A DNA stretch of 64,000 nucleotides, taken from NCBI GenBank assembly GCA_026705025.1, contig JAPPBN010000046.1, positions 4,031-68,030 of the forward strand, written 5' to 3'. The notes under the pieces are model-generated. The model saw nothing but the letters and a program-made list of their open reading frames with translations, did not search any database and had not been told where the DNA came from. Within the stretch, counting starts at the first letter, position 1, and each line of letters starts with the position of its first letter. Below, piece by piece: positions 1-9,658 of this stretch. This DNA is from Chloroflexota bacterium (GTDB taxonomy: Bacteria; Chloroflexota; Dehalococcoidia; Bin125). The translations under genes were made by a program, and so were the position numbers.

Positions 1-113
1 CGACTCGCCTGATGGGCTGATCGGGCCGTTGATCGACGGGTTGGTGTTAGGCGGCCTGGCGATGTTGCTCTTTGTCTTTGGTCTTCGGCGTGCGCCCCGG
101 GCGGTGTAGGAAT

Positions 114-1007
114 ATGTACCGGCCCGCTCGTCCACTCGCGCTCTGTGGCGGCGCCATTGGGTTCGCGCTGGCAGTGCTGGCGACCGTGGGCTGCGGCGGT
201 TCGACCGATCGCCTGGTCATCACCTCATCGGAGGCGGCGTTCGTGCCGGTCATCGAGTCCTCGGACATCCACGTCGGCGTCCCGCGCCTGGTGCTGACCT
301 TGCTGGAACGCGACGCGCAGCCACAGTTCCCCGAGGACGCCGCGTTCCGCATCCGATACTTCGACCCGACCGAAGACGGGATCAAATTTCACTCCGAGGC
401 AGAGCTCCGAGAGATCGACGTTGAGGGATTGCGCTATCTGATCGCCTCGGATCCACCCTTCGATACGGCCGGACAATGGGCGCTCGCGGTGACCGTCGAA
501 CTGCCTGACGGTACAGCCGAGAGCACGCCTCGCTTGCCATTTCTGGTCCGAGGCAATGCAACGGGCCTTGCGCGAGGCGATCCGGCGCCCAGGGTCGCCA
601 CGCCGACGACTGCCGACGGCGTGCTTGAGCGCATGGCGGAGCCGGGACCGGAGGCTGGTGGTCTGTACGAACGCTCCGCCACTGAACTGATCTCCGTTGG
701 AGAGCCGTTTCTCATCGTCTGGGCGTCAGCGGAACGGTGCGCCGGTAGGCGCGTCTGTGCGCGTGCCCTGGAACAGGCCAGTGCCGTGCTGGAGCAGGGC
801 ACGATTGCGGTTCTGCATGTAGAACCCTTCGGCAGGCCGCGTCCGCAGCCGCTGCAAGGGCTGATCGATGAGGCCAGCGAGGCCTGGTCGATTGAGGCGG
901 AGCCGCAGTTCTTCCTTGTCGACCAAGACGGCACAATCGCGGCGCGATTCGAGATCGTCGTGGAACAGGCGGAACTGGAAGCGGCTGTTGAGGCGCTGGC
1001 CCCTTAG
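114..1007 (+). CDS. Putative lipoprotein with C-terminal thioredoxin-like domain
   Basis: Signal peptide with lipobox (ATVGC); C-terminal FLIVWASAERCAGRRVC...VLHVEP...EPQFFLVDQDG resembles a thioredoxin-like fold; ATG 114 chosen over 72. Confidence 0.65.
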   Translation: MYRPARPLALCGGAIGFALAVLATVGCGGSTDRLVITSSEAAFVPVIESSDIHVGVPRLVLTLLERDAQPQFPEDAAFRIRYFDPTEDGIKFHSEAELREIDVEGLRYLIASDPPFDTAGQWALAVTVELPDGTAESTPRLPFLVRGNATGLARGDPAPRVATPTTADGVLERMAEPGPEAGGLYERSATELISVGEPFLIVWASAERCAGRRVCARALEQASAVLEQGTIAVLHVEPFGRPRPQPLQGLIDEASEAWSIEAEPQFFLVDQDGTIAARFEIVVEQAELEAAVEALAP

Positions 1008-1933
1008 ACCAGCACGTCCAGGCCGACGGCAGCGAAGACGATGAAGAGGTAGGCGATCGAGGCGAAGAAGAGACGCATCGGCGGGGCCTGGTTGCGCCAG
1101 ACCTGCCAGGCAATCCAGATGAATGCGGCGCCCGAAATGGCGCACGTCGTCAGGTAGCACCAACTGAGGTGTCCGCCCAGCGGTCCAAGCAGGCTCACCG
1201 CAACGAGGCCGACCGAGTAGATCATGAGCTGCTTGCGTGTTTCGCGTTCGCCGGAGACGACTGGCAGCATCGGCACGTCGGCCCTGGCGTAGTCCTCGCG
1301 GTACTTCAGCGCCAGCGCCCAGAAGTGTGGCGGCGTCCACATGAAGATGACCAGGAACAGGATGAACGGCGTCCAGGTGACTTCGCCGGTCACGGCAGCC
1401 CAGCCGACCAGCGGAGGAATCGATCCGGCTGCTCCGCCAATCACAATGTTTTGAGTCGTCGAGCGCTTAAGCCAGACCGTGTAGACGAGGACGTAGAAGA
1501 GCACGGCGGCCTCGGCCAGCAGCGCCGCCAGCAGGTTGACCGTCAGTGCGAGCTGAATCCCGCCCAGGGTCGCCAGCAATACGCCCCAGGTCAGCGCCTG
1601 CCAGGGCTGGACCACGCCGGCCGGCAGTGGTCGCCCTGCGGTCCGCTCCATGATCGCGTCGATATCGCGATCGAACCATTGATTGAAGGTGTTGGCGCCG
1701 CCAGCTGTCAGGATTCCTCCCAGCAGCGTGAGCAGGATCAACACCAGTCCCTCGCCAAAGCTGCCCCTCGGCCAACCGTCAGCAGCGACAAGCATGGTCG
1801 GAACCGTGGTGACCAACAGCAGACCGATGATGCCGGGCTTGGTCAGGTCCCAGAGTCCACGCGAGAATTCAAGTGCGCGCCTCGAGCTCGGGAGTGAGGC
1901 CGTTCGTTCGAGCGTGAGCGGACGATCAGTCAT
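1004..1933 (-). CDS. ctaB: Protoheme IX farnesyltransferase (heme O synthase)
   Basis: LTKPGII, DRDIDAIMERTAGRPL and FMWTPPHFWAL motifs; located in the cox cluster. Confidence 0.97.
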   Translation of the reverse strand: MTDRPLTLERTASLPSSRRALEFSRGLWDLTKPGIIGLLLVTTVPTMLVAADGWPRGSFGEGLVLILLTLLGGILTAGGANTFNQWFDRDIDAIMERTAGRPLPAGVVQPWQALTWGVLLATLGGIQLALTVNLLAALLAEAAVLFYVLVYTVWLKRSTTQNIVIGGAAGSIPPLVGWAAVTGEVTWTPFILFLVIFMWTPPHFWALALKYREDYARADVPMLPVVSGERETRKQLMIYSVGLVAVSLLGPLGGHLSWCYLTTCAISGAAFIWIAWQVWRNQAPPMRLFFASIAYLFIVFAAVGLDVLV

Positions 1934-3072
1934 CCGTTGCTCTCACTCTCCGCCGACACGCCCGCATCGGCGATACCGGCTGGTTGCAACGCCGTGGCCG
2001 GCTCGCTGTGCCGTCGCAGGCCACCGGCGCGATAGATCGCCACCAATGCCGCTCCGGAGACCAGCAACCAGGTGATTGAGCCCATCGAAAGGTGTAGCGC
2101 TCTGGCCCAGGCATCGAAGTTGATCCAGATCATCGCCGCGCCGATAAAGATCTGTGCCACGTAGAGCGTCGCCGCCCCATGGACCATGAACGTCAGGCCG
2201 CGCGCGCGAGGTCGCAGCATGACCACGCCCATCGAGGAGGCGAACAGGGCGATCGCGCCGAACAGAACCAGGAATCGATGTCCCATGTTCCATTGAGCGT
2301 ACTCTCCGTCGGGGAACAGCCCGCCATAGCAGAACGGCCAGTTGTTGCCGCAGGCCGCGCCGCCGGGCCCGACGTGTGCGCCCGCGTCTGGTCCAGCCCC
2401 GACATGGGTGACATAGGAACCAACCACCACGACGGCATAGACGAGCACCGCCGTGAATAATGCCACCCAGGCGTAGTTCCGCGCCTGCGAGGGCGAATCG
2501 GATCCGAGCGGCGCCTCGTCGTCGCTGCTGACGACGCGCCACTGGAATGTACTCAGCCAGGAGAATGCGACCACCATCAGAATCAGCATCGCGGTGGCGA
2601 GATGCAGCGTGACGATCAGCTCCTCGAGACGCTCGGTCACAGTCAGGCCGCCGAGTACGACCTGCACGGCCAGCAGTGGAATCGAGAGCACTGCGGGCAG
2701 CCAGATCCGCACCTGATCTCGACGCTTCAGCCAGGCCACGATGGCGTAGCCGAGGATGATCAATCCCATGATCGCGGCGACCAGCCGGTGGGTCCATTCG
2801 AGCCAGACCTGATGCGCAGCGAACTCGCCGAAATCGCCCGACGGGATGACGGCGCCGTAGCAACCGGGCCAGTCGGGGCAGGCGAGCCCTGAGCCGGTCA
2901 CGCGAACAATCCCGCCCAGCGCCGTCAGCACGAGCAGGCCGATCACCAGCCCGAGGCCGACACGCTGAAATCTGGTCATCGATGCCATCTGAACCCGCTC
3001 TGGTTGCCGACCGGCACGAGTCGGCGCTGCACCCCCTAGTGTCTCACTTCTGGGCGTACTGGCGATAACCAC
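1930..3072 (-). CDS. ctaA: Heme A synthase (COX15/CtaA)
   Basis: GGIVRVTGSGLACPDWPGC, EWTHR, second Cys pair CGNNWPFC and conserved His residues; start could be 2988. Confidence 0.93.
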   Translation of the reverse strand: MVIASTPRSETLGGAAPTRAGRQPERVQMASMTRFQRVGLGLVIGLLVLTALGGIVRVTGSGLACPDWPGCYGAVIPSGDFGEFAAHQVWLEWTHRLVAAIMGLIILGYAIVAWLKRRDQVRIWLPAVLSIPLLAVQVVLGGLTVTERLEELIVTLHLATAMLILMVVAFSWLSTFQWRVVSSDDEAPLGSDSPSQARNYAWVALFTAVLVYAVVVVGSYVTHVGAGPDAGAHVGPGGAACGNNWPFCYGGLFPDGEYAQWNMGHRFLVLFGAIALFASSMGVVMLRPRARGLTFMVHGAATLYVAQIFIGAAMIWINFDAWARALHLSMGSITWLLVSGAALVAIYRAGGLRRHSEPATALQPAGIADAGVSAESESNG

Positions 3073-3139
3073 CGCGCCTCATGGTTGCCTGCTTGGCGGC
3101 AGTCAGCTCGCCGTGTCGTGGGCAGCGAGCGGGCAAGTT

Positions 3140-3432
3140 TCAGGTTCTGGGCGAACTTTTTTTTCGGGCCCTGAAACTGTGAACCGCTAGGCTGATCTTC
3201 AATGTATTGCTGAAGATCGTGGTGGTTCGGCGTCGAAATCCTTTCAGGTTTCTTCAGGCAAGTTCGGGGTAGAGCTGTTCGATCTTGTTCGGTTGCGTTC
3301 GGATGGCGGTGAGTCGATGCAGGAAGGATTGGCGAGGGTCGAGTCGGTTTGCCGGCGTGGGATGACGGGCACTGGGCGCTCCTGTCGGGGTTCAGAGGAT
3401 CGAGTACGGAGATCGTATACGGACATACGTTC
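3140..3432 (-). repeat. Dispersed SOS-box/10-bp-repeat element, ORF-less or remnant copy
   Basis: Aligns by eye with 40400-40475 (A-tract and GATCTyC-N11-GrAGATC dyad); GAAC repeats at 10-bp spacing at 3277-3300; LexA-like box at 3421-3432. Confidence 0.6.
3412..3432 (-). promoter_or_regulatory. LexA-like box GAACgtatGTCC 3 nt upstream of -10 TACGAT
   Basis: One mismatch to GAAC-N4-GTTC; same box/-10 geometry as at 40973-40992. Confidence 0.5.
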
Positions 3433-3522
3433 GCTTATCCGTCCCGCCTGTTATCCAGGTGACGAATGGGAGGGGGGGGTCTGCGCCCGGCCCGGACGCA
3501 TGAGCCGAATGCAGGCGATCGG

Positions 3523-4533
3523 CTACTGCTCGCCCGGTCGGGGGCCAAGGGTCGGAACTTCGCCATGGACGCGGATCTGCATGTCGCGGACCGTGTCGTT
3601 GCGGCGATCCTTGAATCCCTCGCGTTCCGCCCAGTAGTAAACCGTGACGATGATCGCCAGCGCGAACATCATCGATCCGGGCACCCACATGATCCCGGCG
3701 CCGATTCGTTGGTCGAGCAGCGCGTCGGGTCCCCATTCTCTGACCGCAGCCGCGGTCGCGTAGGTGTCGTAGACGGGCTCGCCGACGTTGATCAGGATGA
3801 GTCCGAGCCCGATGTTCTGCAGGATTGCCACCACCAGCAGCGCACAACGCCAGACGTGATGCGGCCGGAGCTTGGTCGCGTCGACGCCGATCACCAACCA
3901 CCAGAGCAACACCGCCCCGAGCAGGAAGACGCCGTGTTCGACGAAGTGGACCGCCTCTGAAGCAATCGCCGCGTCGTACGCGTCGGGCCAGTGCCAGCTC
4001 CAGACGCTGGCGATGTAGATCACAATCGCCGCCGGCGGCCAGGTCAGCGCGCGGACGAGCCTAGAGTTGAGGAACGGAACGAGATAGGTCGTGCGGACTC
4101 GAGGTGACGCGGCGCGCAGGGCCAGGGTCGCCGGCGCGCCGAGCAGCATCAACGGCGCGACGATCATCGTAATCATCACGTGCTGGATCATGTGCATCCA
4201 GAAGAGGTCGTCCGAGTACGTGTCGACCGGCGACATCAACCCCAGCAGCATGACCAGCCAGCCTGCGGCGAACGACCAGGCATGCCAGCGGGGAAAGTGG
4301 AAGCTGGGCGAGTCTCGGCGCAGCCGGTAGTAACCCCAGGCGTAGAGTCCGCCGACGACAATCACGATCGCCAGACCGGGCGCGTCGATGCTCCAGACCT
4401 GGAGCGCATTCAGGAGCTCGCCCGACTCGGCATAGCGCCCGTCGTGGGCCAGCAGGACCGTCGGAATCAGGGCTGCCGCGAAAGCAGCGATTGCCGCGAC
4501 CAGCGCTATCAGCGCTCGCGGTCTCCTGGTCAC
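3523..4533 (-). CDS. ctaG: Cytochrome c oxidase assembly factor, caa3-type CtaG
   Basis: HMIQH, WSWHWP.AYDAA, HFVEH and DQRIGAGIMW motifs. Confidence 0.92.
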   Translation of the reverse strand: MTRRPRALIALVAAIAAFAAALIPTVLLAHDGRYAESGELLNALQVWSIDAPGLAIVIVVGGLYAWGYYRLRRDSPSFHFPRWHAWSFAAGWLVMLLGLMSPVDTYSDDLFWMHMIQHVMITMIVAPLMLLGAPATLALRAASPRVRTTYLVPFLNSRLVRALTWPPAAIVIYIASVWSWHWPDAYDAAIASEAVHFVEHGVFLLGAVLLWWLVIGVDATKLRPHHVWRCALLVVAILQNIGLGLILINVGEPVYDTYATAAAVREWGPDALLDQRIGAGIMWVPGSMMFALAIIVTVYYWAEREGFKDRRNDTVRDMQIRVHGEVPTLGPRPGEQ

Positions 4534-4546
4534 GGACCGTTCCGCG

Positions 4547-5167
4547 TCAGCTGAGGAAGAAGACGAGCGGGAAGATCACCAGCAACCACACGAAACCCAC
4601 GAAGTGCCAGTAGAGCGTCGCCGCCTCAATCGCCGTATTGCGTTTGGCGTCAAAGTGTCCAAGCAGACCGCGCAGCCACTGAGCGAAGATGAACACCAGC
4701 CCGCCGATCACGTGCGCGCCGTGGAAGCCGGTCAGCGTGTAGAACGTCGCCGCGTAGGGACCGTCGGAGATGCCGAATCCGGCGTGGCTCCACTCGAAGT
4801 ACTGGTTGATGATGAACGCCGTGCCAACCACCAGCACGATGCCCATGTTGATCAGCATCGCCTTGCGGTTGCCCTTGCGAATCGCGAACGCCGCGAACTG
4901 CATCGGGATACTGGTCGAGACCAGCAGCACCGTGAACAGGATCGGCAGGAGGTGAGCACCCTCGACTCGGTGGGCGCCATTGGTCGGTTCCCAAAGCAGG
5001 GTGTCGCTGTGTAGGGCGAGCATCGCCGCGATCAGTCCGGCGAAGAACATGATCTCGGAGAAGATGAAGAAGATGATGCCCCACAGGCCGGTCGTCATCG
5101 GCTCGTCGCCGACGAGGAAACTGCGGACGGGGTGAACGCGCTTGTGCGGGATGGCGCTGGCTGCCAT
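4547..5167 (-). CDS. ctaE: Cytochrome c oxidase subunit III
   Basis: FIFSEIMFF, TFYTLTGFHGAHV and LYWHFV motifs. Confidence 0.95.
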   Translation of the reverse strand: MAASAIPHKRVHPVRSFLVGDEPMTTGLWGIIFFIFSEIMFFAGLIAAMLALHSDTLLWEPTNGAHRVEGAHLLPILFTVLLVSTSIPMQFAAFAIRKGNRKAMLINMGIVLVVGTAFIINQYFEWSHAGFGISDGPYAATFYTLTGFHGAHVIGGLVFIFAQWLRGLLGHFDAKRNTAIEAATLYWHFVGFVWLLVIFPLVFFLS

Positions 5168-5169
5168 GA

Positions 5170-6909
5170 CTACGCCTCCTCCCGCGTAGACGCAGTGGGC
5201 GCCTTGGCGCCGCCCCCGCGGCCGTTGCCGTTGTGACCGTTGTTGACGTGGTAGTGCGGGTCGTCCTGCAGTTTCTCGCCGAAGCGCAGGTCGAACAGCG
5301 GCCGCTCAGAGCGAATCTCGGGCAACGAGTCGAAGTTGTGCGCCGGCGGCGGCGAGGTCGTCGCCCACTCGAGCGTCGTGCCTTCCCACGGGTCGGAGCC
5401 GGCGCGTTCGCCCCACTTGAGTGAGTAGAAGACGTTGTAGAGGAAGACCATCATTCCGGCGGCCGACACGAACGCGCCGATCGTAGTCAGCATGTTCATC
5501 AGCTCCCAGCCGGGGTTGTCGACGTAGTCGTTGATCCGGCGAGGCATGCCGTCGAGGCCGAGCAGCAGCTGGGTGAAGAAGATCAGGTTGACGCCGATGA
5601 ACACCAGCCAGAAGTGCAGCTTGCCCAGACCCTCGTTCATGAACTTGCCGAACATCTTGGGGAACCAGTAGTAGCAACCGGCGAGGAAGCCGAAGGTGGC
5701 CGCAATCGACATCGTGTAATGGAAGTGGCCGACGACGAAGTATGTGTCGTGCAGGGCGAAGTCAACCGGCACGGCGGCGTGGAAGACGCCGGTGATCCCG
5801 CCGATCAGGAAAAGCATCAGGAAGCCGACGCTGAACAGCATCGCGGTGGGGAAGATGTTGGAACCGCGCCACATGGTGGCGATCCAGTTGAACATCTTGA
5901 CCCCGGTCGGCACCGCGATCAGGAAAGTCGCGCCCATGAAGAACGGCAGGAACACGCCGCCCGTCGTGAACATGTGGTGCGCCCAGACGATGAATCCGAG
6001 CAGCCCAATGGCGATCAAGGCCAGGACCATCGATCGGTAACCGAAGACCGGACGCCTCGTGAAGACGCCGAAGACGTCGGAGACGATGCCCATCGCGGGC
6101 AAGATCATGATGTAGACGGCCGGATGCGAATAGAACCAGAACAGGTTCTGCCAGAGCAGCGGCTGTCCGCCGGCGGCCGGGTCGAAGAATGCGCCCCCGG
6201 CGCCGTTGCGGTCGATGAAGCCCAGCACCAGCGCGGCGGCCAGCACCGGGGTCGAGAGCAGAATCAGCAGACCCGTGACCAGCGTCGTCCAGGTGAACAG
6301 CGGCAAGCGCCACATGGTCATCCCCGGCGCGCGCATTTTGAAGATCGTGACCAGGAAGTTCACGGAACCAAAGATGGACGCCTGGCCCAACAGGATGACA
6401 CCAACCAACCACATGTCCATCCCGGCGCCGGGCGGCTCGGCATTGTTGCCGGTGTCTAGCGTGACCGGCGGGTAGGCGGTCCATCCGGCCGAGGCGGTCC
6501 CGCCCTCGGCGGCGAAGCTCAGCGTGATCAGCACGCCGCCAAACAGGAAGATCCAGAAGGACAGCGCGTTGATCCTGGGAAAGGCCATGTCGAGCGCGCC
6601 GATTTGCAGCGGCATCGAATAGTTCATGAACGCCGCGCCGATTGGCAGCAGGAAGAGGAAGATCATCACGCTGCCGTGCATCGTGAAAATCGAGTTGTAC
6701 GTCTCCGCGGAGATGATCGTGCCGGTCTGGGCCAGTTCGGTCCGCATGACGAGGGAGAAAGCCATGCCGACCAGACCGAATGCGCCGGCCGTCCAGAGGT
6801 ACATGATGCCGATCTTCTTGTGGTCGACCGTGGTCAACCACTCGAGGATCACACGCCAGGCATTCGCCCCGGCATAGCTGCTCGTCTGTGCCCCCGCCAG
6901 TGTCGCCAT
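5170..6909 (-). CDS. ctaD: Cytochrome c oxidase subunit I (A2 type)
   Basis: TVDHKKIG, FTMHG, FWFYSHPAVY (A2 YS motif), VWAHH, GHFHY and GMPRR. Confidence 0.98.
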   Translation of the reverse strand: MATLAGAQTSSYAGANAWRVILEWLTTVDHKKIGIMYLWTAGAFGLVGMAFSLVMRTELAQTGTIISAETYNSIFTMHGSVMIFLFLLPIGAAFMNYSMPLQIGALDMAFPRINALSFWIFLFGGVLITLSFAAEGGTASAGWTAYPPVTLDTGNNAEPPGAGMDMWLVGVILLGQASIFGSVNFLVTIFKMRAPGMTMWRLPLFTWTTLVTGLLILLSTPVLAAALVLGFIDRNGAGGAFFDPAAGGQPLLWQNLFWFYSHPAVYIMILPAMGIVSDVFGVFTRRPVFGYRSMVLALIAIGLLGFIVWAHHMFTTGGVFLPFFMGATFLIAVPTGVKMFNWIATMWRGSNIFPTAMLFSVGFLMLFLIGGITGVFHAAVPVDFALHDTYFVVGHFHYTMSIAATFGFLAGCYYWFPKMFGKFMNEGLGKLHFWLVFIGVNLIFFTQLLLGLDGMPRRINDYVDNPGWELMNMLTTIGAFVSAAGMMVFLYNVFYSLKWGERAGSDPWEGTTLEWATTSPPPAHNFDSLPEIRSERPLFDLRFGEKLQDDPHYHVNNGHNGNGRGGGAKAPTASTREEA

Positions 6910-6960
6910 CGTTTCGCCTCCCTCTGCGAGTTCCCCTGAACGCGTCGCGCCGTGGCGGGG

Positions 6961-8364
6961 CTAGCCGCCGGCCTCAATCAGTGCTGCGAGTTTGCTTGGA
7001 ATGACGTCGGCGTCGGGCGGTCGGGGGACCGTCTGCAGCCAGGCGTAAATGTCGGCGATCTCCTCGTCCGAGACCTGATCCGGCGGGAACGCCGTCATCG
7101 CCTCGAGCGGCTCGCGATACTGCGTGATCACGCGGTCGAGCGGAACGACGGTCATCGCGATCGTCGGGCCGACCAGACCTTCGCCACGATCGCCGTGACA
7201 GACGTTACAGCCCATCTCGAAGAACAGGCTCTGCCCGTTGGCGGCGTTGCCGACCGCGCCTTCTTCCTGCTCAACCTCTTCTTCGCCGCCAAAGTCTCCC
7301 TCGATCGGCGCCGGCGCCTCGCCGGCTTTCTCCTCGAACCACGAGTTGTACTCACCCTCGGGCAGGGCGCGGACGGTGTAAATCATGCGGGCGTGGTCGC
7401 GTCCGCAGAACTCAGCGCACTGACTCATGAAGTCGCCCGCGTCGGTGATTCGCACCCATAGGGTCTGTACCCGGCCCGGGACGGCGTCGAGTTTGGTCAG
7501 GAACTGCGGGGTGTAGAACGCGTGCAGCACATCGGCCGAAGCGATGTTGAAGCGGATCATCTGACCCACCGGCACGGTCACGATCGGCGTGTTGTCCGCG
7601 GCCTGCAGCCGACCTTCAGCAACCGTGTCGGTACCGTTGAAGACGCGTTCGATGGGGCTGCCGGCCGCGTGACGGATCGGCACCGTGCCATTGACCGCGC
7701 GGTCCACCGTTACCACGTACCCGGTGCGCGCCACGACGCGCATGTGCTCAATGCCGATCTTGATCGTCATGAATGGCACGACCAGTGACGGATCCTTCAG
7801 GTGAATCTCGGTCTCGGCCGGATCGGGCGAGATGCCCTCGGCCAGTTCGGTGCCGAGCGGCACGCCGTAGTTGAAGGCCCATGCCCACTGACGGCCCTGG
7901 ACGTCAACAATCGTGACGTCCTCATCCTCATCCGCCGCCGCCTGGATGTCCTGCAGGACGAAGAAGGACACGACAAACAGCACGACCACGATGACCAGTG
8001 GGATCCCGGTCCAGAGGATCTCGGCCGTGGTGTTATGGGCGACCTGGGTCGGCAGCTCGTCGTCGGACTTGCGCTTGTAGCGGAACACGACCCAGATGAT
8101 CATCGCCTCGACGATGACGAAGACGATCACCCCTATGGCGAGCACGACGAAGTACAACGCCCGAATCGAGTCTCCTTGTTCGGTGACCGCTTCGGGAAGC
8201 GCGACCTGCGCATTCGCCAGTCCGGAGAAGGCGAGCAGCGCCAGGGCGGCAACGCCCATGATCAGCGAGAGACGCCCGATCCGGGTTCGCCATAGCCGTA
8301 CGTATGCCCTCATCCGCCCGCTCCGTTCGCTCCCAGTTTCAGTCCCGTATTCATGCAGATTCAT
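6961..8364 (-). CDS. ctaC: Cytochrome c oxidase subunit II with internal insertion and fused C-terminal cytochrome c (caa3 type)
   Basis: Two TM helices, GRQWAW, CuA ligands DVLH and CAEFCGRDHARM, heme c motif CNVCH; start could be 8313. Confidence 0.95.
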   Translation of the reverse strand: MNLHEYGTETGSERSGRMRAYVRLWRTRIGRLSLIMGVAALALLAFSGLANAQVALPEAVTEQGDSIRALYFVVLAIGVIVFVIVEAMIIWVVFRYKRKSDDELPTQVAHNTTAEILWTGIPLVIVVVLFVVSFFVLQDIQAAADEDEDVTIVDVQGRQWAWAFNYGVPLGTELAEGISPDPAETEIHLKDPSLVVPFMTIKIGIEHMRVVARTGYVVTVDRAVNGTVPIRHAAGSPIERVFNGTDTVAEGRLQAADNTPIVTVPVGQMIRFNIASADVLHAFYTPQFLTKLDAVPGRVQTLWVRITDAGDFMSQCAEFCGRDHARMIYTVRALPEGEYNSWFEEKAGEAPAPIEGDFGGEEEVEQEEGAVGNAANGQSLFFEMGCNVCHGDRGEGLVGPTIAMTVVPLDRVITQYREPLEAMTAFPPDQVSDEEIADIYAWLQTVPRPPDADVIPSKLAALIEAGG

Positions 8365-8382
8365 GACTGCCGAGGCAGCCGG

Positions 8383-9528
8383 TTAGCTGGCGCGTTGCTC
8401 AGCGCCGCCGTCGCTGTGCATCTGCGGCGCATCTGGTTCATGGTCGTCGTGATGCTCGTCGTGAGCCGGCTCCTCGAACGACTGGATGTCCTCCAGGAAC
8501 CAGCCCACTCCGCCGAACACGATCAGCGTGATACCGGCGCCCAACACCTGGTCGGTGAAGACGGCCCCGGCCGCGGTGATGATCAGACCGGCGGCGAAGA
8601 TCAGTGGAGAGAGACTGGGTGGCGGCATGTGCACACCGGGAGGCGGCGGCGCCACGTCAGGCATGACCTGCAGCGGGCGCTGACGGAACTCGGCCGGTCC
8701 ACCCGCTTCGAAGTAACCCATGTCCTCCAGGAACCAGCGAGCGGCTCCCAGCACGATCAGCGTGATCCCCACGCTGAGCATCTCACCGACGAAGATCGCC
8801 CCGGCGGCCATCACGATCAGGCCGAGGGCGAACAGGATCGGTGCGAGGCTGGGCGGCGGCAGATGCGACTCGGGCGAGTCGTGCTCGCCATGGCCGTGTT
8901 CGTCGTCAAGTCCGGAGGGCAAAGCGAGCGTCGCTGCCGGCTGTTCCGCCGGCGCGGCGATCGCCGGAATGTCACCGCTGCGGGCGGCGGGCAGCGGCTG
9001 CAGATACGCGTCGGCGACCACCTTGCGTTCGTTGCGGTACGCCATCGGTCGCAGCGCCGGCGGCAGCAGTCCCGCGATCGGCTTGAGCAGATCGGGGCCG
9101 CTGTAGGCCTGTTGCAGATCGATGCCGAAGCCCGCAGGCCGCTGCCGGTACGTCATCAGTTTGTGCAGCTTGATCCCGTTCATTCGGCACAGGCGGATCG
9201 CGCGGCCGCTCTGTCCCATGGGCACGTAGAGGATCAGTGGAGCGGCCTGGGCGAGCGGCTTCCAGCGTTCAATGGCGGTCTCATTGGTGACCTCATGAGT
9301 CAGGGCCAGATCGGCAGCCATGGCGATGAAGTGGCCCGGTTCGTCGGTCACGACGATGTCGGGGTACAGCCAGCCGCCCGACCTGACTCGCACGCCCATC
9401 TGTTCGCTGGGAAAGTTGGTTGTGATTTCACGATCGGGGAACTCGTCGTTCGGATAGCCGTACGACGCTTCAGCAATCTGCTGAAGGACACTGGCGCGCT
9501 TCTGCCTCGCCGATTCCAGCGTGGGCAT
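8383..9528 (-). CDS. Fusion of a soluble N-terminal domain with two tandem cytochrome c oxidase subunit IV-like TM hairpins
   Basis: Two repeats H(L/M)PPPSL.P..FA.GL...GITLIV.G...WFLED; first gene of the cox operon. Confidence 0.7.
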   Translation of the reverse strand: MPTLESARQKRASVLQQIAEASYGYPNDEFPDREITTNFPSEQMGVRVRSGGWLYPDIVVTDEPGHFIAMAADLALTHEVTNETAIERWKPLAQAAPLILYVPMGQSGRAIRLCRMNGIKLHKLMTYRQRPAGFGIDLQQAYSGPDLLKPIAGLLPPALRPMAYRNERKVVADAYLQPLPAARSGDIPAIAAPAEQPAATLALPSGLDDEHGHGEHDSPESHLPPPSLAPILFALGLIVMAAGAIFVGEMLSVGITLIVLGAARWFLEDMGYFEAGGPAEFRQRPLQVMPDVAPPPPGVHMPPPSLSPLIFAAGLIITAAGAVFTDQVLGAGITLIVFGGVGWFLEDIQSFEEPAHDEHHDDHEPDAPQMHSDGGAEQRAS

Positions 9529-9658
9529 TGCCGTCTGTTCGCCTCTCGCTCAGCCGCTCCCTGTGCGGGACGTACGGTCGATCTCCGATCCTAACCCAGC
9601 CCTGCGACAGAGGCTATCCCCCGCCGGGGCAACGTCCACAGGATTCGCGTCGCAGCAT

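Noticed and set aside
3244-3426. 60-aa ORF as a protein-coding gene
   Set aside because: Its start lies inside the LexA-like box upstream of the putative -10, and it is low complexity; better explained as the cis element
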